Source: Candidatus Gottesmanbacteria bacterium
GTDB lineage: Bacteria > Patescibacteriota > Microgenomatia > UBA10105 > UBA927
Assembly: GCA_016218255.1 (NCBI GenBank)
Contig: JACREN010000007.1
Span: 1-62,971 of the forward strand
Direction of reading: 5' to 3'
DNA length: 62,971 bases
Below are positions 56,182 to 62,971 of the stretch, in pieces; position 1 is the stretch's first letter, and each line of letters opens with the position of its first letter. The position numbers and the translations under genes were made by a program. The notes beneath the pieces are model-generated. The model searched no databases. It saw nothing but the letters and a program-made list of their open reading frames with translations, and was not told the origin of the DNA.

Positions 56182-56934
56182 TCAGGAAGCCGATAGAATA
56201 AACTTTTCTATCACGACCGCCACGCCGTCTTCTTCAACGGATGGAGCGATAAAATCAGCAACGTCTTTCAGTTCGGGAACTGCATTTCCCATAGCAATTT
56301 TGAGTCCAGATGCCATCAAGAGCGGAAAATCATTATACCCATCGCCGATTCCGATAATCTCTTCTGTCTTAACATTTAACAATCGAGCGACCTCTATGAT
56401 TCCGTGTAATTTTGATGCCTCTTTTCCCGTGACGTCAATACTCATATATTGTTTATCCCATGCATCGAGTTTATGGACTGCAACATCAGGAATCTTCATC
56501 AAGTCATCCATTACAAACTGAAGGCGGTTGGGTACAATCTGCGGCAGGTAATAACTCAAAACTTTCTCCGGCGGAACCCCCCCTGCATATACATGATCCT
56601 TTTTACCATCAAACAGCACTCCGTCAACATCATGCGAACGCGCAATTGCATAAATCTTTGGTAGCGCATCTTTCGGTAAAACCACCTCATGAATATACCG
56701 CTTCGATTCAGGGTCATAGATAAGTGTCCCATTATTAATAATGCATGGCCCCGACAACTGCAAATGAGATAATACTGGCATAGCCAAATCCAGTGGCCGA
56801 CCAGTAGCCACACAAACATGAATAATTTTTCTGGCTTTGGCGATAGCTTGAGTCACCCGAAGACTTGGCATGTTCTCTTTACCGTGAACGAGGGTTGTGC
56901 CATCTAAATCGAGGATTAGGGCTTTATACTTCAT
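56182..56934 (-). CDS. Cof-type HAD hydrolase
   Basis: DLDGT, ATGR, SK and GDGYNDFPL motifs. Confidence 0.93.
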   Translation of the reverse strand: MKYKALILDLDGTTLVHGKENMPSLRVTQAIAKARKIIHVCVATGRPLDLAMPVLSHLQLSGPCIINNGTLIYDPESKRYIHEVVLPKDALPKIYAIARSHDVDGVLFDGKKDHVYAGGVPPEKVLSYYLPQIVPNRLQFVMDDLMKIPDVAVHKLDAWDKQYMSIDVTGKEASKLHGIIEVARLLNVKTEEIIGIGDGYNDFPLLMASGLKIAMGNAVPELKDVADFIAPSVEEDGVAVVIEKFILSAS

Positions 56935-57744
56935 CTACTCTTTTCCGACAATCACACGAGCATCATACGAACTGTCTTGAGGCAAATCCATGCTCAGGGC
57001 ATCAAGCGAATAGGAAGATTTCAGGTCTCCTTCCAATAATTCAGCCAAATCTTTCTTGTCAGAAGAAACCATGATCACGGTTTTGGTATAGGTATATTTG
57101 TCTGTATTGCCAACATCTATAACCGTATACCCTTTATCTTCCAGTAGTTTTTTCATCTTGCCTGCCGCCCCAGGGATACCGCCACCATTAAGCACTTGGA
57201 TGCGGATATCAGAACGGGACACTTCCGAGGCAGGGGTCGGTGTCGGAATCGGCATATCTGTAGGCGTAGGTTTTACCAAAAAAGAAGGCATCGCAACTGT
57301 TGGACGATTCATCGCAAAAAATAACACGCCTCCAGTCGTCAATGCTGCCACCACAACAATAATGACCCATAATATAATCGGTAAAACGGGATTCCCTTTA
57401 TGAACTGAAATCTCCGGTAAACTTATGCTTTTCCGGTCAAAGAGCTCCTCCACCAATTCCTGCTGCTTTTCGACATGCTGACTTGGTATCAAATCTTCTG
57501 TGGGTATTGCTTCCGAATCATTTATCGCTGCTGGATCGGCGTTAAAAGTTTGTTCTGATACAATTTCTGATGGCGGCTCTCGCTGAACTAGTGGTTCTTC
57601 CTCCACAACCTCAACTACCTGTTGAAGTGCGTTAGGACGCTCATGGGATTCTACCTCAGAAATACTCTTTTCTTCAGCCATCGAAGATTCTGGTTCCTCG
57701 TTTCTCTTAACCGACTTCTTGGATATTGATTTCTTTCCCGCCAT
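56935..57744 (-). CDS. Single-TM protein with a LytR C-terminal domain
   Basis: Acidic disordered N-terminus, TM, Pro/Thr linker, QVLNGGGIPGAAG motif. Confidence 0.85.
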   Translation of the reverse strand: MAGKKSISKKSVKRNEEPESSMAEEKSISEVESHERPNALQQVVEVVEEEPLVQREPPSEIVSEQTFNADPAAINDSEAIPTEDLIPSQHVEKQQELVEELFDRKSISLPEISVHKGNPVLPIILWVIIVVVAALTTGGVLFFAMNRPTVAMPSFLVKPTPTDMPIPTPTPASEVSRSDIRIQVLNGGGIPGAAGKMKKLLEDKGYTVIDVGNTDKYTYTKTVIMVSSDKKDLAELLEGDLKSSYSLDALSMDLPQDSSYDARVIVGKE

Positions 57745-57776
57745 ATAATAAGTTTATCTCTTTTTCGTGATACAGG

Positions 57777-58568
57777 TCAACTGGATGCTGATGCGTACTG
57801 TGTCAAGGCAAATCTCCATAGCCGCAAACAGATGATGAAAAATACTGCTCCAAAAAGAAGCGACAGTAAAATGAGCCATGGAGATAGCATGCCTAAAAAC
57901 CCCTTTGCCGGAAATGTCATCATAATTCCGACTGGCAGGATGAATGTGATGATACTGCGTAACGGGTCGCGATAGATATCGACCGGCACCCGGCCCATAC
58001 TGGTGAGATCCCGATATATCATCACAGCGTGATCCACTTCTGTCGTCATAATTGCAAATGCCAACACAAGGATGTGAAATGCTGCAGCAATCACCAATCC
58101 GTTACCTACCAAAAGTACATAAGTAACAACATGCAAAATGGTAATATCTCGGAATTGCATCATAAGATACAAAAGCATACCGACATAAGGGATCAACATG
58201 AGAACATCCAAAGGATCAGCTCCCCCAGCAAGAGCACGAAAGAGCGGATTGGTCGGCTTCACTAAGACCAAATCAAAATCTCCCGTGACCACTAGTTGAC
58301 GGAATCGATACACTTCTCTAAAAAATAATTGTGTTACTGTATCAATAAATGTAAACGTAAGATAAAAAAACATTGCCTGCAAAAATGAATATTCAGCAAT
58401 CCGAGTAACTTTTGTAAACAAAGCCCAAAGAAAAACGCCAAAAAAAACAAACCGGAGAGATTTACCAAGAAGAAATAATCCCGCGCTAAAACGAGATGAC
58501 AAAACCGACAGAAAGGAATTCATCGTCAATTTTATCCACAGTCGAAAATATTTAAGTATCGTTGTCAT
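57777..58568 (-). CDS. ABC-2 family permease (DUF990 type)
   Basis: TGDFDLVLVKP, PVDIY and YASASS motifs. Confidence 0.9.
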   Translation of the reverse strand: MTTILKYFRLWIKLTMNSFLSVLSSRFSAGLFLLGKSLRFVFFGVFLWALFTKVTRIAEYSFLQAMFFYLTFTFIDTVTQLFFREVYRFRQLVVTGDFDLVLVKPTNPLFRALAGGADPLDVLMLIPYVGMLLYLMMQFRDITILHVVTYVLLVGNGLVIAAAFHILVLAFAIMTTEVDHAVMIYRDLTSMGRVPVDIYRDPLRSIITFILPVGIMMTFPAKGFLGMLSPWLILLSLLFGAVFFIICLRLWRFALTQYASASS

Positions 58569-58577
58569 ACCGTGGAG

Positions 58578-59372
58578 CTATCGCCCCTCAGCAGCGTATA
58601 CGCGAAGCCCCCGCTGCCAAAGACGATCAGTCATCGTCTTCATACAAAGCATCCAAAATAATCCCATGGCAACCCCTTGAAGCAATTGCATTCCCTGTAC
58701 ATGTCCCAAATACACTTTAAGGGGAAAATAGATAAAATACGTAAACGGCAGAAGTCTGCTGGCAAAAAATAGAGGAGCCGGCAGAATATCGAGCGGGAAC
58801 AACATACCCGTAAAAAATTCAGCAAATACAAACGATAAAAATCTCGGCGCCCACACGTCCGATGACCAATACCCCAACGACGACAATAACAAGCTAAAAT
58901 AGAAAAATATAATCATACCTATTAACAGCGACAAAACGGTAAAAAGCAAAATCTCACCGTTCGTCTGTATAAATATAGGCGGTCGTAAAAGAAGGAAAAG
59001 AACAATAATCTCACCGAATGCAAACACTATATTCAATGATTTATCACCTATATCCCGAAAAAAAAAGAAACGAAATATGTGCAACGGACGAATGAGATAA
59101 TTTGATAATGATCCATCATTGATCATGCCTCCGATTTCTTGAGTTCTTGTACCCATAATAAGCGGGCGCACAAAGGCACTTAACAATATATATGTAAGCA
59201 TCATGGATTGGGTATATCCGAAGAGCATCTGCGTTTCAGAAAAAATTGCCCACCACAGATAATACATCACGATAAGCTGCATAACCGACCGCACTCTCCA
59301 TAAAACAAAACTCAACCGATACATCATGTACTCTGCCCACGTATTTTTTATAATTTGTATTGCGAGTCTCAT
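58578..59372 (-). CDS. ABC-2 family permease (DUF990 type)
   Basis: INDGSLSNYLIRP, GMLFPLD and LPF motifs. Confidence 0.9.
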   Translation of the reverse strand: MRLAIQIIKNTWAEYMMYRLSFVLWRVRSVMQLIVMYYLWWAIFSETQMLFGYTQSMMLTYILLSAFVRPLIMGTRTQEIGGMINDGSLSNYLIRPLHIFRFFFFRDIGDKSLNIVFAFGEIIVLFLLLRPPIFIQTNGEILLFTVLSLLIGMIIFFYFSLLLSSLGYWSSDVWAPRFLSFVFAEFFTGMLFPLDILPAPLFFASRLLPFTYFIYFPLKVYLGHVQGMQLLQGVAMGLFWMLCMKTMTDRLWQRGLRVYAAEGR

Positions 59373-60340
59373 TTTTTAGAAAAAACATCCCGTATAACGT
59401 CTTCTATATCAGGTTCTTCTATATTCAAATCGTCAACCGGAAATTTTTGCAGAAGCTGCGCAGCCGCGACATTAGAAGCACTCCGAGGGACTCGTATCAC
59501 CGCGCGCGGAAAATCATACGAAATGAGTTCTCCTATTTCTCCTAATGCATCAGGCGAAATATACGAATCCAAAATTATCGAAAGGGCCTTATATTTCGCA
59601 AATTTCTTTACCAATTGTGCGAGCTTCCCGTCATAGAGAATTTTCCCCTGATCAATTATAATGACCCGATTCGCGAGCAGTCGGACATCTTCCATATAAT
59701 GCGAAGTGAGAAGAATTGTGGCTTTATGCCGCACATTGTATTCCTTAATGAAATCACGCATATGCTTCTGCATCACGACATCCAATCCAATCGTCGGTTC
59801 ATCCAAAAAAAGTACCTTTGGAGAATGTATGAGTGCCGCTATAAGCTCCATCTTCATGCGTTCGCCTAAGGATAATTTCCTAACCGGCGTCTTCAAAAGT
59901 GCCGCAACATCCAAAAGCTCTGTCAACTCTGCCAGCGTATTCTTATATATATCATCGGGAATTTCATATATTTCCTTATTTAATAAAAAGGTTTCTTGTG
60001 CCGGAAGATCCCACCAAAGCTGGTTTTTTTGTCCCATAACTAATGCTATCTGCCGCAAATAAGAGTGACGCCGCTCCTGCGGCATATACCCGAGCACAGA
60101 AATCCTTCCATTGGTAGGATATAATAACCCTGATAAACACTTGAGCGTAGTCGTTTTTCCTGCGCCGTTAGGGCCGATAAATCCAACCAGTTCTCCTTCG
60201 TCTATTTCAAATGAAATATCATTCACCGCCTCAACTATTTGAAATTTTCTTGAAAATAATGACTTCAGAGATCCAAATAGACCTGGTTTCTTTTGCTGAA
60301 CCTTGAAGTATTTTTTTAAGTGCGAGACAGAAATGACCAT
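59369..60340 (-). CDS. ABC exporter ATP-binding protein
   Basis: GPNGAGKTT, LSLGERMK and LDEPTIGLD motifs; start MVISV after TGgTATACT. Confidence 0.94.
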   Translation of the reverse strand: MVISVSHLKKYFKVQQKKPGLFGSLKSLFSRKFQIVEAVNDISFEIDEGELVGFIGPNGAGKTTTLKCLSGLLYPTNGRISVLGYMPQERRHSYLRQIALVMGQKNQLWWDLPAQETFLLNKEIYEIPDDIYKNTLAELTELLDVAALLKTPVRKLSLGERMKMELIAALIHSPKVLFLDEPTIGLDVVMQKHMRDFIKEYNVRHKATILLTSHYMEDVRLLANRVIIIDQGKILYDGKLAQLVKKFAKYKALSIILDSYISPDALGEIGELISYDFPRAVIRVPRSASNVAAAQLLQKFPVDDLNIEEPDIEDVIRDVFSKK

Positions 60341-60356
60341 ATCATTTGTAGTATAC

Positions 60357-60394
60357 CAAAAGAGACAACTCCCCAACTCAAGGGAGCGTCTCTT
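60357..60394 (-). terminator. Terminator after hup
   Basis: AAGAGAC-GCTCCC...GGGAGTT-GTCTCTT followed by T residues on the minus strand. Confidence 0.7.
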
Positions 60395-60412
60395 AGACAA
60401 AAACCCATATCA

Positions 60413-60685
60413 CTACCGAACCACTTTCTTCAGCGCTTTTCCTGCAGTAAATCCCGGTGTTTTTCTGGCCGGAATATTTATCGGTGCCCCAGTTTGGGGA
60501 TTTCTCCCAGTTCGGGATTTCCGAGACCGGACCATAAATGTTCCAAATCCGGTAACTACGACTTTGTCACCTTTTTTTAAAGTTTCCGTAACTGAACCAA
60601 AAACTGCAGCAACTGCTTCTCTTGCGGCTTTTGCTGTTAGGTTTGCCTTCTTTGCTACGACCTCGACTAAATCTGCTTTTGTCAT
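60413..60685 (-). CDS. hup: Histone-like DNA-binding protein HU
   Basis: MTKADL, GFGTF, RTGRNPQTG and FTAGKALK motifs; SD GGAGGTGA; promoter TTGACA-17-TACATT (60765-60737). Confidence 0.96.
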   Translation of the reverse strand: MTKADLVEVVAKKANLTAKAAREAVAAVFGSVTETLKKGDKVVVTGFGTFMVRSRKSRTGRNPQTGAPINIPARKTPGFTAGKALKKVVR

Positions 60686-60799
60686 GATGAATTTCACCTC
60701 CCTTCGGGCAGAAGGATAGAACAAGCTTTCAGAGGAAATGTAGATAATTTAGCGCGCCCTGTCAAGGTATCAAAAAAAATAGCCTATCAGGATGCTCCA

Positions 60800-62323
60800 T
60801 TATTTCGCTATTTCTGTAGCGCGAATTTCTCGGACAACGCTGATTTTTATTTGTCCAGGATACGTCAATTTTTCTTCCACTTCTTTTTTTATCTGAGTTG
60901 CCATAAGTGTTGCCTCAGCATCGGAAACAATTCCTGGATCCACTGCTACCCTAATCTCACGACCCGCCTGAAATGCAAATGCTTCAACGACTCCTTTCAT
61001 CGTTTTTGCAATTCCTTCAAGATCTTTCAATCGCTTAATGTATTCCTCATAATTTTCATAGCGCGCGCCCGGTCTACTACCGGAAATTGCATCTGAAATA
61101 TAAACCAGCATGGATTCGATAGATGTAAACGGAGTATCCTCGTGATGTTGTGCAACGCAATCTATAACCTTCTGGGGAATACCGTATTTCCGTAACAGTT
61201 CAACTCCCAGATCTACATGACTACCCTCCTTGTCCATGATGATCTTACCGACATCATGGAGTAAGCACCCAAGACGCACCACATTGACATCCGCACCTAC
61301 TTCAGTAGCCAACGCAATACCGATTTTTGTTTCTTCAAGGGTATGGGCAATCATATTTTGCCCATAAGAAAATCTATATTTAAATCTACCCAATAAAGCA
61401 ACCAGTGGAGCCGGAAGATTGTATACTCCAACGGCATGACACAATTTTTGGCCCTCTTCAAACATGATCCGCTCAATCTCTTTTTTGACTTGCGCGATAA
61501 CTTCTTCTATTCTTCCCGGTTGAACTCGTCCATCCCTAAGCAATCGCTCTAGTGTGACACGTGCAATTTCCCGTCGCACAGGGTCAAAACATGACAATCG
61601 AATGACGCCCTCTTCGTCTAGATCGACATCAACACCAGTTGCCGTTTCAAAAGCGCGGATATTTCTACCCTCTTTGCCGATGATCCGCCCTTTCATGTCT
61701 TCATCAGTAATTTTGATAATAGAAACCGTATACTCTGCTACATAATCCGTTGCTCCATGCTTCATCGCATCCACCAATATTTCTTTCGCTTTGGCGTCTG
61801 CCTCTTCATGAGCACTGGTGGTTTCTTCTCTGATGATCTTCGCCGATTCTTCCCGAAGCTCGCCGCGAAGCGTATCTAAAATCGTCTGCGTCGCTTCTTC
61901 CCGAGTAAGGTGTGCAGTGTGTTCAAGCTTTTCTATCTGTGCAACTTTTGCGCGTTCCGCTTCTTCTAACCGTTTGGCTATCCTCGTCTCCGCATCTTCT
62001 AAACGGCGCTCTCGTTCAGCCAGCACTCCATCTCTCCGATCGATATCTGCAAATTTTCTTCGCGCTTCGTCTTCTGCTTCTCTTCGAATGCGAAAGGCTT
62101 CATCTTTTGCTTCAACAATGAGCTCTTTAGCCCGGGCCTCCGCTACGCGGACTGCAGCATCCATATCTATGGATGGCGGCTGAGTTACTGACTTTCCCTG
62201 ATTTTTTTGTCGAGCTTCCAACTTGGGAATCTCCGGACGAAGAGCATGCGCAATCCCTGATGACTTATTTTGATTCTTTTTGGCCTGGACTAGACCGGAT
62301 AATGTTTTTAAGACATCTAACAT
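60800..62323 (-). CDS. rny: Ribonuclease Y
   Basis: Coiled coil, KH (IGKEGRNIR), HD (LLHDVGK), QAGREIRV, YPGQIK. Confidence 0.96.
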   Translation of the reverse strand: MLDVLKTLSGLVQAKKNQNKSSGIAHALRPEIPKLEARQKNQGKSVTQPPSIDMDAAVRVAEARAKELIVEAKDEAFRIRREAEDEARRKFADIDRRDGVLAERERRLEDAETRIAKRLEEAERAKVAQIEKLEHTAHLTREEATQTILDTLRGELREESAKIIREETTSAHEEADAKAKEILVDAMKHGATDYVAEYTVSIIKITDEDMKGRIIGKEGRNIRAFETATGVDVDLDEEGVIRLSCFDPVRREIARVTLERLLRDGRVQPGRIEEVIAQVKKEIERIMFEEGQKLCHAVGVYNLPAPLVALLGRFKYRFSYGQNMIAHTLEETKIGIALATEVGADVNVVRLGCLLHDVGKIIMDKEGSHVDLGVELLRKYGIPQKVIDCVAQHHEDTPFTSIESMLVYISDAISGSRPGARYENYEEYIKRLKDLEGIAKTMKGVVEAFAFQAGREIRVAVDPGIVSDAEATLMATQIKKEVEEKLTYPGQIKISVVREIRATEIAK

Positions 62324-62479
62324 AAAAACTCCTTTGGATACCCACCGAAGAAAATCAGCAAAAAAACCGCAATTAAGCGGTCATGGAGATAGGAAAAATA
62401 TGTAAAAAATATGCTATCATGGCCCTATCAAACGTTGCTTGATTTATCGACGAGTACGTTGGTAAATACTCAATGTATT

Positions 62480-62965
62480 TTACTCTTTTTCTTCTTCAGC
62501 GTCAATAACGCCAGCAATTGCTTCCTCATCAAAGCCACGACTTGCAAGGTATCGATAGATTTTCTGTCTCCTCTCCATTCCGCGCATTGATGACCAGACA
62601 AGAAGCTTCTTTTTAATCGCTTGTTTCGCCAGTTTTTTTTCCGAAGGAAAGTCAGAGAGCGATCCCTCAATGATATCCTCAGATACCCCTTTTACTTGGA
62701 GCTCCCGGATGATCAACCGGTTTCCTTTCAGCTTAAACGTCTTACGTTGATCAATCCACCAAGAAGCAAACTTCTTATCATCCACATAACCCAAACCTCT
62801 CATGCGTTCAACAACCTTTTCAAGCACGCCCGAACCTCCATAGGTTTTCCAATAAGAAACTTTCTTCAAAAGAAAATCGTGCAATTCCTTTTCACTGCGA
62901 GGACGGTAGGAAATAAACCGCAATGAGGCATGCATCAACCGTTCATATAACCCGTCAGTATTCAT
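62480..62965 (-). CDS. recX: Regulatory protein RecX
   Basis: RPRSEKEL, YVDDKKFA..W, ELQVKGV and YLASRGF motifs. Confidence 0.9.
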   Translation of the reverse strand: MNTDGLYERLMHASLRFISYRPRSEKELHDFLLKKVSYWKTYGGSGVLEKVVERMRGLGYVDDKKFASWWIDQRKTFKLKGNRLIIRELQVKGVSEDIIEGSLSDFPSEKKLAKQAIKKKLLVWSSMRGMERRQKIYRYLASRGFDEEAIAGVIDAEEEKE

Positions 62966-62971
62966 TAGTCG

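Noticed and set aside
62470-62670. 66-aa minus-strand ORF
   Set aside because: Alternative frame inside recX.
1-62971. CRISPR array, prophage, IS element, intein or group I/II intron, stop-codon reassignment
   Set aside because: No regularly spaced 25-40-bp repeats, no phage structural or transposase genes, conserved proteins have normal lengths, and TGA terminates genes with ATGA overlaps.

Overview
A compact, gene-dense bacterial chromosome segment read with genetic code 11 (TGA is used as stop). I infer a Patescibacteria/CPR genome, probably Microgenomates, from the class I LysRS, the GAD-less AspRS, the DUF3048/DUF4446/DUF2207 genes and the absence of biosynthetic genes; this is not a database result. 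Most of the window is housekeeping: prfB-ftsEX, ruvCAB, secA, serS, rdgB, lysS, two greA paralogues, lon, a SUF operon continuous with a ferredoxin and a 2-oxoacid:ferredoxin oxidoreductase, mutY, an ECF sigma operon, era, gltX, aspS, recJ, cca, secDF, comM, rnpB, miaAB, an ABC exporter, hup, rny and recX, plus tRNA-Glu(CTC). I found no CRISPR array, integrase or transposase. The best leads are: (1) a 1.1-kb unannotated locus between aspS and recJ with a strong promoter, a 25-codon leader ORF, mutually exclusive terminator/antiterminator helices, downstream microproteins (one CxxC/CxxH, missed by the ORF track) and several long hairpins; (2) a class I LysRS fused to a B3/4 editing-type domain; (3) a recurring promoter pattern with -10 elements 7-8 nt before ATGs and palindromic bidirectional promoters; (4) 7-bp tandem repeats at two in-frame sites in gltX; (5) a CIRCE element over the lon promoter, a terminator in the greA leader, and a SigW-like promoter in the ECF locus. 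All motif and structure calls were made by eye and need computational confirmation.
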